Below, in pieces: positions 51,778-64,000 of a stretch of 64,000 nucleotides of DNA. The number at the start of each line of letters is the position of its first letter. Within the stretch, counting starts at the first letter, position 1. The DNA lies in contig OX597819.1 in NCBI GenBank assembly GCA_951406725.2, forward strand, positions 70,432,001 through 70,496,000. The letters run 5' to 3'. Both the position numbers and the translations under genes were made by a program. This DNA comes from Octopus vulgaris (taxonomy: Eukaryota). The notes beneath the pieces are model-generated. The model made no database searches, was not told the origin of the DNA, and saw nothing but the letters and a program-made list of their open reading frames with translations.

Positions 51778-51778
<1 letters not shown>
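51420..51778 (-). mobile_element. R4/Dong-clade non-LTR retrotransposon 3' fragment (restriction-like endonuclease C-terminus)
   Basis: Minus strand 51776-51496 reads IGKESKRCWIIDIACPVDNKVCDKEE / KVNRYDRLAWEVKQLWSLKKEVVGALGTVSKNLEKHMEQIRAGISVEYLQKTALLGTARILRRVFEK* with one frameshift; embedded in a (TAA)n tract. Confidence 0.85.
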
Positions 51779-51830
<52 letters not shown>

Positions 51831-52237
51831 GGAAACTGATGCTGATGTCTATCTAATAATAACCAATATAACTGCTAGTTGGTTGGTTGATTCCTCAGTG
51901 GCACTTTAGGTCATAAAGACAGAGAGATAGAGAGAGGGAGATAACATAAGAGGTGCAGAATGAGTGTCTTGTATACTTCCTGAAAAATATACAAATTTTT
52001 AATGAAATTTTGCAGTGATAGGTTTTTGATTGAGTAGACTGCAAATTTATTGATAAAATTTAGAGAAATTATGACATACATTTATTGCAGATATATAAAT
52101 GAGAAATTTGTTTTAATTTAATTTTAAGGTAATAAATATTTTTATTTTGAAAATTTGTCTTCAACTCATCATTTTGTATAAACACCAAGAAATTCATTAA
52201 AAATATAATTACTGTATATATGTGTGTGTGTTGTGTG

Positions 52238-52765
52238 ATCATCATCATTTAACATCTGCTTTCCATGTTGGCATGGGTTGGACGTTTGACTGAGGACTGG
52301 TGAGCCAGAAGGCTGCACCAGGCTCCAATCTGATCTACAGCCGGATGCCCTTCCTAATGCCAACCACTCCGAGAGTGTACTGGGTGCTTTTACATGTGAC
52401 TGGCATGAGGGCCAGTCAGGCAATTCTGGCAATGACCACGCTCAAAAGGTGTTTTTTTACATGCTACCTGCATGAGAGCCAGTCTGTCAGCCCTGGCAAC
52501 GACCACGCTTGAAAGTTGTTTTTCATGTGCCACCAGCACATGTGCCAGTAAGGTGACACTGGCAACAATCACGCTTGAATGTTGCTTTTTACATGCCACC
52601 AGCATGGGAGCCAATCCGTAGCCCTGGCATTGATCACATTGATGTGCTTTTAACGTTCCACTGGCACGCATGCCAATCAGGTGGTATTGTCATTGGCCAC
52701 GTCAGCGATTTTGATTTGATTTGATTTCACTTGCCTCAATAGGTCTTTGCAAGCAAAGTTTATTG
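52238..52765 (-). mobile_element. RTE 3'-UTR copy with about five diverged ~65-bp units
   Basis: Terminus, units, then (GATTT)n and CACTTGCCTCAATAGGTCTT matching 2315-2375. Confidence 0.85.
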
Positions 52766-52985
52766 TGCCATATTTCCTGATATTGCCCACGGTGGGAAAA
52801 GTTGCTCTTAACACTCTGTTATTAAAATAATGAGTAAAGCCCATCAGTAGACTATTATTATCATTATTCTTCTTCTTAGGTGGTGAATTGGCAGAACTAT
52901 TTCAGTGCCAGACGAAATGCTCAATGACATTTCTTCTAGTTTTATGTACTGAGTTTGGATAAATTAAGTACCAGTTGAGCACTGG

Positions 52986-53086
<101 letters not shown>

Positions 53087-53893
53087 TGTGTTCAAATTCT
53101 GCCAAGGTCAACTTTGCCTTTCATCCTTTTGGGGTTGATAATTAAGTACCAGTCAAGTACTGGGGTTGATGTGATTGACTTAGCCATTCCCCACAAATTT
53201 CAGGCCTTGTGCTTATAGTATAAAGGATTATTAAAATTATTATTATTGTACCTTAGCTGCTCTGGTTGTAAACTTCAATGGAATTTTTTTTGTGAACATT
53301 GTATAAGACATTCCAAAGAGAAAGTGGGTTTTAAAAACACTGTCGCCCAACTCTAATTAGGTGAAATCACAGCTATTTTTCTCCATTGTCTACAGTCAAG
53401 AGATAAATATTTTTATTAAAAATGTCAACAAGTTTGACATATGAAGAGGCGAATAGCAGTGGGAGGTAACCGTAACAGCCATGGTATGAGGAGGAGGAGG
53501 AGGAGGACTCAGTTTTGCCATAAAGCTTGAAAGTTATGCTTGTTGAAGCAAAAAGAAGTGGTTTTATCCTTAATCTCTTTGGTGAAATGTAAAAGCAAGT
53601 TATGTGTGTGTGTGTATGTGTGTGTGCATGTATGCAGTTTGATAATAGCAACAGTGCACTAGTAAAATGCAACAGCTGGACAGAGCAGCATTATAGTAAA
53701 GAACAATTACAACAATAAGTGCAGGCATGGGTGTGTGGGTCAAAAGCTTGCTTCTCAACTCTGTGGTCTTGAGTTCAATCCCACTGCACAGCACCTTAGG
53801 CATGTATTTTCTACTATAATCTTAGTCCTTGTGAGTGGATTTGGTAGAAGGAAACTGAAAGAAGCCTGTTGTATATATATTAGTCATACTGCT

Positions 53894-54330
53894 TGTAACT
53901 GGGGTTTGAACTGACATCTACTATTAGATGTTTGGTATGAAGATTTAGCTACGGTAAATAAAATTTGGAGTCAATATCATCTTCAACCATTATCCTTATT
54001 CCTTGATGTCCAACACAATGATGCGATTATACATAATCCAATGTGGTTATACATAACCCGTTACAATTGGTGACCCCTGACGTCTAACTCTGTTACAAAA
54101 ATAAGGGGTATACTGCTCTAACAATGGCCAATCTAATGTTGGTCACTCATTATCTATTTCAACTTTTCATGGCATAGAAAAAGTTAAGGAGTCAAGTGGA
54201 AAACACATAGATCTGATCTGCGTTCTTCCTTGACAGAACAATATGCCATGTGGCTAGGGAGAATTTCTAGATTCAATTTCAAATCTCATGTAGGGCCAAA
54301 TGAGGTCTCTACATTTGGGTTATATAAGTA
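53894..54330 (+). mobile_element. Gypsy-like LTR retrotransposon remnant: 172-bp LTR, tRNA-Trp primer-binding site and decayed downstream sequence
   Basis: LTR 53894-54065 begins TGTAAC and ends GTTACA, with an internal AATAAA. Two nt later, TGGTGACCCCTGACGT (54068-54083) is complementary to the tRNA-Trp 3' end apart from one extra T. Confidence 0.7.
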
Positions 54331-56329
54331 AACAGTTCAAAAGAGAAAAAGAAACATCAATCCAATATTAATAACATTTTTTCACTCTTCTAATGTAGTT
54401 ATACCCTGTTATATTTAAAATTCAAATCCCTTCTACTTTTTCGAGCCAACTTTGTATGCTCTTCTGCATCTCATCTATTTTGGAAAGGGAGAGGGAGGGT
54501 AGTTTTCAGCCCTGCTTCTTATTCCGTTTCTTTGACATCAAGTTTGTGGGTTTTACATTTTATTGCACCACTTGCCCTACATACAGGTCTTGCCTGTAAA
54601 TGTGGAACGTTTACAGGTAAGACCAGTTATAAATAAAAGATGATCTATATAGGAATTTCAAATGAGGATTAGAGCTGACATTGTGTGTGTGTGTGTGTGA
54701 AGGAGTGGTAGGAAGGTATTTTGTCACAGGCAAATCTCAAATTGTTCTTTATGAATGTATGAAGTTATATTTGGGTATGTTTGTGTTTAGACAGACAGAC
54801 AAACGGATAGGTAGATAGATAAATAGATAGATAGACAGATAGACACAAAGTTAGAGGATAGGTGAGCAGAGAGAGAGAGAGAGAGAGAGAGATTTTTCTA
54901 TAACCTGCCTATATTGGTAAAACAACCATTACATAACTGCTTGCTTCGGGGTTTTCTTAACTGACTTAGATTAGGTTCCCTGCTTTACTTCATGGTTGAA
55001 TAGCAGAAAGGATATACAGCTGTAAAATCAATTGATCTTAACAAAAAGCCACAGCATTATGCAAGCATGGAAAATTAGATGAGAAACAGCTAGCAAGACA
55101 AAGGAATCTATTTTCTGTTCTAAAGGAATATTTGGAAATAAGGCCTAAGCATGGATATAGGCTTCTGGTTCAGTTCTTCTGCATGACACCTTGGGCATGT
55201 GTCTTATACTATAGCGTTGGATGGATTTGGTCCTTGGAAACTGAAAGAAGCCTGTCATGTGTATACATGTGTGTATGTGTGTGTGTGTCTTGACATTGCA
55301 AGATAGTCCACCACAAGCATCCATATTATACAGGCAGTGTCCATTGGTCTTCCATGGAAAGGGGAAAGAAAAGACATGTCTGGTCATGGGAAAAGATTAC
55401 CTTATTTGGGGACAGGTGGGGGTTGGACACAGGAAGACAAAGGAAATACAAATTCACTCTCTCATACACATGCAAGTATGCATACACACACACACACACG
55501 ATGGGCTTCTTTCATTTTCTTTTGGCCAAATCCATTCAGAAAGTTTTGGTCAGCCCTGGGCTATGGCAGAAGACACTTGCCCATGGCACAGTACAGTGGG
55601 ACTGAACCCAAAGCCCTGAGCAACACCTGTGCCTCGTTTTTCTAAGTATTTCTCTAGGACACAGGAAATGCATTTCTTTGTTTTGCTAGTTGTTTTCCAT
55701 CCAGTTTCCCTTGCTTGCCTTGATGTGGTGTTCAAAAACCACCCTAGCCATGAAGAAGCTATCGGTTTTACAACTGATGACTCAACCATGAAACAAGTAC
55801 TGGGTTACACATTACTAGTAGCAATCGAGAATGACCTCACACACACACACATGTGAGTTTATTAGTAAGAATAAGGCTTACAGTACAGAATAAAGTATTT
55901 TTTCAAGAAGTAGAGTATAAAAACAATGTATGAATATATAAAGCGTCACAGATGCCTATACACTGTGACTTATCAACAGACAACATATTTAGCCCCCCCT
56001 CTTCCAAATAACAATATTTCATTGTGTTAAAACAAAGTCATTGTTCTCCCTCCATGGGGGCCTGTATGAATGGGTTTAATGTGAAGAAGGCATAAATTAA
56101 TGATCTAGCCAATGGAATCAAATTGCTTGTAATATTAATGTCTGCCTATATAAACAAATAATGTGCACATATCTGGAAAGAGAATATATTTTGTGTAATG
56201 ACAGCCAAATGAGAATTGGGGGAAACCTTCCTATTTAGTACAGCACACACACACACACAGCTCACAGTTTTGTGTCCTTGTTGTCTGTGATGATCTACTT
56301 TCATTTTTGTAAGTACAGCTGTGTGTGTG

Positions 56330-56360
<31 letters not shown>

Positions 56361-56367
56361 ATTTATT

Positions 56368-56398
<31 letters not shown>

Positions 56399-56399
56399 T

Positions 56400-57265
56400 C
56401 TTTTGTTTCAGCCATTTGACTGGCCATGCTGGAGCACTGCTTTTAGTCGAACAATTTGAGCCCAAGACTTATTTTTTGTAAGCCTAGTACTTATTCTATC
56501 AGTCTCTTATGCCAAACTTCTAAGTTACAGGGGACATTAACACACCAACACTGGTTGTCAAGCGATGGTGGGGGGACAAACTCAGACACAAATACACACA
56601 CACACAAGCATACACACAAACACACACACACACGATGGGTTTCTTTCTGTTTCTGTCTACCAAATCCACTCACAATGCTTTGGTTAACCCAAGGCTGTAG
56701 TGGAAGACACTTGCCCAAGGTGCCATGCAGTGGGACTGAACCAGGAACCATGTGATTGGGAAGCAAGCATCTTACCATACAACCATGTATATATATTCTT
56801 TCTATTAAAGGCACAAAGCCTGAAATTTTGTGGTGGTGGGGGCTTGTCAATTACATTGGCCCCAGTACTTGACTGGTACTTAGTTCATCAAACCTGAAAA
56901 GATGAAAGGTAAAGTTGACCTTGGCAGAGATATATAATGAATATATTTGTGTGTCTATAGGTGTTGGAGTGGCTGTGTGGTAAGAAACTTGCTTACCAAC
57001 CACATGGTTCCGAGTTCAGTCCTACTGCGTGGCACTTTGGGTAAGTGTCTTCTACTATATCCTCAGGCTGACCAAAGCCTTGTGAGTAGATTTGATAGAC
57101 AGAAACTGAAAGGAGCCCATCATATAAGTGTGTGTGTGTGTGTCTGTGTTTGTACCCCCCACCATCGCTTGACAACCGATGGTGGTGTGTTTACATCCCT
57201 ATAACTTAGCAGTTCAGCAAAAGTGATTGATAGAATAAGTGCTAGGCTTACAAAGAATAAATCTT
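56400..57265. mobile_element. SINE cluster (family A minus 56400-56780, family B fragment, family A plus 56960-57265)
   Basis: Matches to the family copies elsewhere in the window. Confidence 0.8.
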
Positions 57266-57889
57266 GAAACAAATAAAGCAGTAAAGAGTGTGTTTATATA
57301 TATATATGTATATATATATGCATGCATGTATGTATATATATATTTATCTTCTAAATAAATATAGTTATATCTGTCTGTGTATTTCTTTCTCTATATATAT
57401 GAGTGTGTGTGTGCAGTGGCTAGATGATATGTTAAAGCTACACCAAGGAGTATATGTTACTCGTGTTTAAGGAGAAACTTGAGTGACGCTTAATCAAATA
57501 TGACTAATGATTCAATGATTAATCAAGATATGTTAGAATTGTATGTATCTCTCACGCTTAGTCTCCCTCTCTCCCCCTCTCTTTGTTCAGTCTTTCCTTC
57601 ACCCCTCTCTCCCTCTCTTTGTTCAGTCTTTTCTTCACCCCTCTCTCCCTCTCTTTTCCCAGTCTTTCCTTCACCCTCTCTTCCTCTGTCTGTACTGTCA
57701 TGATCTGACACAGAACTCTGCTGTTTAATTTGAAAACTTTAATCATATCTGTATTGTGAGGACATACTTAGCTATGTGGTTGAGAAGGTCAATTTACAAA
57801 CATTTGATCCCGGTTCAGTCCCCAAATTTTTTTTTGTTTCTTTAAATGTGGCAGCTAATGCATTTTGAGTGAAATTTGAGGTAGGGAAG

Positions 57890-58485
57890 TATGTGTGTGT
57901 GTGTGTGTGTGTGTGTACATATGTGTTTATTTACACGTGTATATATATGTGTGTTTATACATGTGAGTATGTGTATACATGTGTATATATACACATGAGT
58001 GTGTGCATGTGTATATACATTTGTGTTTATGTACACACATTTATATATGCATGTGTGTTTATACATGTTTGTATATATACGTGTGTTTATCTACCTGTGT
58101 GTATATATGTATATATTTATATGCCCATATGTGTGTATACATGTCTATATATACACGTGAGTGTGTGTATGCACATGTGTATATACACTTCTGAGTATGA
58201 CTGTGTATACATGTGTGTCTGCATGTGTGTGTCTGCATGTGTGTGTACATGTGAGTATGTGTGTGTATATACGTATATACATATATACATATGTGAGTGT
58301 GCGTGTATATACATGTGTATATATATATATACATGTGAGTGTGTTTGTGTATGCACGTGTGCATATACACGTGTGAGTTTATGTGTGTGCGTGAGTGTGT
58401 GTATACATGCATATATATACACATGTGAGTGTATGTGTGTTTGTATGCATGTGTGTGTATATACACGTGAGTATGTGTATGTATG
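57890..58485. repeat. Degenerate (TG/TA)n low-complexity tract
   Basis: Direct inspection; explains the 206-aa C/V/Y ORF. Confidence 0.95.
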
Positions 58486-58729
58486 TTAATGTTTGCTGAC
58501 ATGAAATAGTGCATGAAATTGTGTAATTTCACCACCAGACACGTCAACATTGTCACATCATCATCATCATCAGTAGCAAGAACATCATCTTAATTATCAC
58601 CTGGAATATTATCATCTCATCAGAAACTTCATCTCTCCATCGTCAAATTTCCATCTTCATCGTATTATTCATCACCATGAACATCATCTTCATCACTGTA
58701 CGTCATTATGATCATCAACAGAATTCTTA

Positions 58730-59613
58730 GATGCAGGCATGGGTGTGTGGTAAGAAGCTTGCTTCTTGACCATATGGTTCTGGGTTCAGTCCCACTGTGT
58801 TCAGTCCCACCTTGAGCAAGTGTTTTCTATAGCCATAGGCTGACCAAAGCCTTGCAGGTGGATTTGGTAGACAGAAACTGAAAGAACCCTTTTATTTGTA
58901 TGTCTGTGTGTGTGTGTGTGTGTGTGTGTATGTTTGTGTTTGTCCCCACTCAGTGCTTGACAACCGCTGTTTGTGTGTTTATGATCTTGTAACTTAGCTG
59001 CTCAACAAAAAAGCCTGATAGAAAAAGTATCAAGCTTCAAAAAGATGTGAGTATTGGGGTCGATTCATTCAACTAAAAATTCTTGAAGGTGGTGCCCCAG
59101 CATGGCCGCAGTCTAATGACCGAAACAAGTAAAAGATAAAAGATATTTATTTTATTATTATTAGTGAGCTGGCATGACCATTTCCTCACCAGACAAAACA
59201 GCAGCATTTCTTCCAGTTTTACATTCTGAGTTCAAATTCTGCTGGATTCGACTTTACTTTTCATCCTTTTGGGGTCGATAAAATAAGTACCAGTTAAGCA
59301 CTGGGGTCGATGTAATCAACCTAGCCCAATCTCCTTGATCATGCTGGCCTTGTGCCAAAATTTGAAACCATTATTATTACTATTATTATTAAAGCAGCAA
59401 ACTGGCAGAAACATCAGCACACTGGGCGAAATGCTTAGCGGTGTTTTGCTCGTCAGAATGTTCTGAGTTCAAATTCCACTGAGGTCAACTTTGCCTTTCA
59501 TCCTTTCGGGGTCAATAAATTAAGTACCAATTCTGTGTTGGAGTTAATCTAATCGACTACCCCTCCCCCAGCCTGTCCCCAAAATTTCAGGCCTTGTGCC
59601 TATTATAAAAAGG

Positions 59614-59658
<45 letters not shown>

Positions 59659-60090
59659 GTACTGCCTTACTAGATGGTTTACAGTGTTTTTCTCAGGTTA
59701 AAGGTCAACATAAACATTCATATTTTTTCACATTCCGCAGCATTAATTAACTTTATGACACCAATAACAAAAAAAAATGGTCTAGAAATATTTTATTGAT
59801 TTGCTTTACTTTTACTTTTTCTTCTGATTTCTCATCTTTTTCTTCTTTTTCTCCTCCTCCCTTCTTTATTATTATTATTATTATTATTAGGGTGATGAGC
59901 TAGCAGAACTGTTAGCACGTTGGACAAAATGCTTAGTAGTATTTTTGTCTGCTGCTATGTTCTAAGTTCAAATTCTACCGAGGTCTACTCTGCCTTTCAT
60001 CCTTTTGGGGTCAATAAAATAAGTACCAGTTACGCACTGGGGTACCCCCTTCCCCATAAAATTTTCAAGGTCTTGTGCCTAGAGTAGAAA
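58730..60090 (+). mobile_element. SINE cluster: one family A copy (58730-59145) and three family B copies
   Basis: Family motifs as above, separated by (TTA)n. Confidence 0.8.
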
Positions 60091-60092
60091 TA

Positions 60093-60125
<33 letters not shown>

Positions 60126-62545
60126 TATTATTATTATTATTATTATTTTCATCTTCCTTCTGTTTCTTTTCTTCTGCTCATTCTTCACTTCTCCCTTTAT
60201 CTTCCTTTGTCTTCTCTTTTGCTTTTCTTCCCCTTCCTCCCCCTCACCAACCCTTATTCTCCTCCTCAACCTCCTCTTCCTCCACATCATCCTCTTCCCT
60301 TTCCTCAACCTCCTCCCCAATCCTATTCTTATTTTCCCTCTCCTCCTCATCCATATCATCTTCCTTCCACTCCTCCTTCCCTCACCATTCCTCCACATCC
60401 TGCTCCTCCTCCTTGTCCTGTTCCTCCTCATCCTGCCCCTCCTCATCCTTGTCCTGTTCTCCCTCCCTTAATTTTACCCATTATTACTATTACCCCCACC
60501 TCTCCCCACCCACTAACTGTCATGATCTATGAGAAGCAAAATGGATTCAGTCATTCCAACCACCCCACACCACACCCCACCTCATTCTAAATCAATCAAT
60601 TCTGAAATAATTATTGTTTCCTTCAGAGACCATTCTAGAGAGGAATCACCGATAGCTCATCAATAGATAATCATTTTTAGCTCGTTTTTAATAGTTCTCT
60701 TTGCATCAACATTTGCATATAATAATAATATTAATAAGAATAATAATAATAAATGAACATACAAATATAATAAAATGAAATAAAATATAAAACAAACGCG
60801 ATGATTTATAATTTTTGTCTCTCATATTTCTAAAGCTAATAATTCTTGTCTGTTATTTTGCTGGTTATTTGATTCGAAAACTGAAGAATTTTTTTTTTCT
60901 GTTTTGTTTAATGATATTTTTAATTAAACCAAATTGAAATGCTAATTAACAGTTAATATCTACCATACATGAAACATTAGAGAAAAAAATGCCAAATAAC
61001 CGACTCACATCATGATGTAAATCTCATGGATGCATTGAACTATAGACTCAAAAGCAGATATCGATTAGTTTATGGTTATGCATTATGTACTCTGAAGAGT
61101 TAATTTTAGCTGTTAAGAGGTCAGGACCTGGTCAATAACTGATGCTTTAATATTCAGTTTAGCTAAAATGCTTTCTATAAACTATCTTAACTGGAACGAA
61201 TAAAGTTAATACCGTTTATTTGTTGTCTGGAAGTAATTTGAGTTAGCTACTTTTGCAGGTGTAGCATGGAATCAGTCGGTAAAGATTTGTCCCGCAGAAG
61301 GTGGTCAGCAGGGAGGGGCGTTATCTCATGAGTCAATGGGAGATAGGAACTTCTTCACCACATGCTTAGTCTTTCCATGTAATGTGTCTTTCGAATGTCG
61401 GCATGGTGAAGACTAGTCTTTTAGTTGTTTTTCAGCTTCAGGTCAATGTGATAAGATTATTCCAGCCTTATCTATCAATAGCCGTCATCGTCATTTTAAT
61501 GTCCACTTTTTTTTCCCTTACTTGTGTGGGTCAGGCAGAATTTGATGAGAAATTTCCCACGGCCAAAAGCCTTTCTTGGTACCATCCCCCACCTACTTCT
61601 AAGGGCCACACATTTTCTCCAAGAATGAGTGGAAATGAACAACGACATTTGTATGATGGTGATGCTCATTTGCAACTGTCATGTGATATCAAGACAAGGT
61701 TGCACTCACACACAGAGTAAGCTTCCTTCAGTTTACATCTACCAAATCCACTCACAAGGCTTTGATCAATCTGGGGTTACAGATCAGCCACAGGGTTGGT
61801 AAGCAAGCTTCATAGCCACCCTCAGATATTTTATCTAGAATCACATTATTCAATTCCTCATTTCGTTTTTAAAATGATAATAAGATGTGGCTTAAAAGAG
61901 CTTAAGTGCACTTGTTACTTCTTCCAAGTTAAACCTCCAGGAGGACACAGAACTACCGTCATAACCTAATCTGCAGTGCTACTGTCTGTGATATACTCTG
62001 CCACCATCTACTCTGCAGATCATGAGATATTTCTGATATTCAAACATCTAGAATAGTTATTTTAGCTGCTGTATGAAGCAAAATCCATATTTTGGTAATT
62101 ACTCAAAGTGTTCTTAGATCACACACAAGACTTTTCTAGTATCTCCTTTTCATAAAGAACTTGTATGGTGATGGTTTTCTACTGCACTCTGTTGCTCTCC
62201 TATCTTCTTCTTCTTCTTCTTCTTCTTCTTCTTCTTCTTCTTCTTCTTCTTCTTCTTCTCCTCCTCCTCCTCCTCCCCCTCCTCCCCTCCTCCTTCTTGA
62301 TGTTTGGCCAAATTCTTCAGGTCATTCTCTCATAGAATTTTTTTTCCCCTTTTGGTCTTTTCTCATTTCTCTATCCATCTTTCCATCCGATATGGCTCTC
62401 TATAATAATCTTGTTTGAAAAATAAGGTGTACTAGTGAGGTTACAGTATTGTATTACAAACCACCCGGTCAGGAGGTTCAAATTTACCACAGTTATTTTG
62501 CTGGCTGAAAATGACTGGCCTGTGCCAAAATTAGAATTATTTATA

Positions 62546-62945
62546 GGTGCAGGCATGGCTGTGTGGTAAGTAGCTTGCATACCAACCACATGGTTCCGGG
62601 TTCAGTCCCACTGCATGGCACATTGGGCAAATGTCTTCTACTATAGCCTCAGGCCAACCAAAGCTTTGTGAGTGGATTTGGTAGATGGAAACTGAAAGAA
62701 ACCCGTCGTATGTATATATATGTATATGTGTGCGTGTTTGTGTCTCTGTGTTTGTCCCCCCAACATTGCTTGACAACCGATGCTGGTATGTTTACGTCCC
62801 CATAACTTAGCGCTTCGGCAAAGAGACCGATAAAATAAGTAATAGGCTTACAGAGAATAAGTCCTTGGGTTGATTTGTTCAACTAAAGGCGGTGCTCCAG
62901 CATGACTGCAGTCAACTGACTGAAACAAATAAAAAGAATAAGAAG
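62546..62945 (+). mobile_element. SINE family A, full-length reference copy (tRNA head, CORE-like block, internal TA/TG microsatellite)
   Basis: A-box TGGCTGTGTGG, B-box GGTTCAGTCCC, block TTGGGCAAATGTCTTCTAC, 3' end CTCCAGCATGACTGCAGTC...TGAAACAAATAAAAAGA. Confidence 0.88.
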
Positions 62946-64000
62946 AAAAAGAATATATTTCCTTGATAAATTTTGGTTGGATAAAAATCGTTACACATGG
63001 AAACAAAAACTTCAGATTCAGTAATGCTTTCTCCATCTTGCCAACTTTTATATATTTGAACAACTTAGTCAAAATAAAAAAAATAAAAATTTTCAAGTAC
63101 TTTTTACGTGGCACCAGTACCCATGGGATTACCAAGTGGCTTGCAAAGAAAGGATCTTTGAGCTATGAGAGGGACAGGAGGAGCTGTGAGAAGTGACCAT
63201 GTGCCAGGTGAGAGAGGTTGGAATATAATAGAGGGACAGGAGGAGCTGTCTTACTGCAGAGGAAATACTTGGCTACACCAATAGGACAAGGAAAAAGAGG
63301 GAGCTAGAGGGAGAGAGAGAGACAGAGATAGACAGACAGAGAAAGAAAGATAGAAACACTCAGAGAGAGAGAGAAAGAGAGAGATGTTACAAGAAGTTTG
63401 TGTCCTAGAACTAAAGGTGGTCTCGGGTTTAAACACTTGCAATTAATTATTGCAATGTTACCTACATCAGTAATAGATTCTGCTTTGTGGTCCATCTTTT
63501 ATGCCTATATGGAGTTGCCATGAAATGTTATTGATCATTGATATAGCATTACACCAGTGCTAGGACAACAAGCCACTGTCTTCTTTGACTGATTGTCCCG
63601 AAACCGTCGTTTCCAGCACACAAACAATACTTAACCATGAGTTAATTTATGCAACTGTTACACAACAATGTCAACAAGCTAGACATTTAAGTGTGAGAAC
63701 CAAATAAGTAATTACTTAACTCTGGTGCTTGGTGACATCAAACACCACCATTACCACCATCACCACCATCACTGCCATTATCACCACTACCATCACCACC
63801 ACCACCACCACCACCACCGCCTTCAGTGAAAGAGGTTTTATTAGTGCTGTGTTTGGGTCAGAAAATCTGTTAGTTTTTCTCAAATAAATTGACCTGAGCT
63901 AGTCACCTCTTCGAAATTATTCAGAGAGATAAATGCTTGCAGAGAGAAGTCATTACTAAGTGAGTTGGAATGTTGCAAATATTTCATGGTTTTTTTTTTT

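Noticed and set aside
54586-54624. ~18-bp-stem hairpin GGTCTTGCCTGTAAATGT-GGA-ACGTTTACAGGTAAGACC
   Set aside because: Too short for a pre-miRNA and has no supporting context; likely a small inverted duplication.
60075-60590. Proline-rich 171-aa ORF
   Set aside because: (AAT)n/(TTA)n plus CCT-rich low-complexity DNA.
61442-61500. Possible next clathrin-like exon (TTCAG|GTC..., VNVIRLFQP vs VVIIDMNDP)
   Set aside because: The similarity is only nine residues, there is no good donor, and the frame runs straight into an antisense RTE 3'-end remnant.

Overview
AT-rich, microsatellite-dense animal genomic DNA. The SINE and LINE families look like those of Octopus (coleoid cephalopod); this is inferred from repeat recognition, not a search. 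The window is almost all intronic or intergenic and is packed with transposable elements. These include a young 5'-truncated RTE-clade LINE (one frameshift, PHD-type finger after the YADD motif) with many 3'-UTR-only copies, a decayed BovB-like RTE, an R4/Dong fragment in a (TAA)n tract, a full-length dead mariner, a maT/DD37D remnant, a Gypsy LTR with a tRNA-Trp PBS, several hAT/piggyBac-type MITEs and three tRNA-derived SINE families. Nearly all ORFs in the supplied track are microsatellite or repeat artefacts. Two signals are absent from the ORF track. (1) A cleanly spliceable 111-nt exon (33127-33237, +) encodes a strongly diverged homologue of the clathrin heavy chain N-terminus, with a candidate upstream ATG exon. 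(2) There are several Penelope-type minimal hammerhead ribozyme motifs. Two of them lie in a short element that joins a tRNA-like Pol III promoter head to a hammerhead-bearing tail (SINE/retrozyme-like), and another has been split by a LINE insertion. All homology calls were made by eye.
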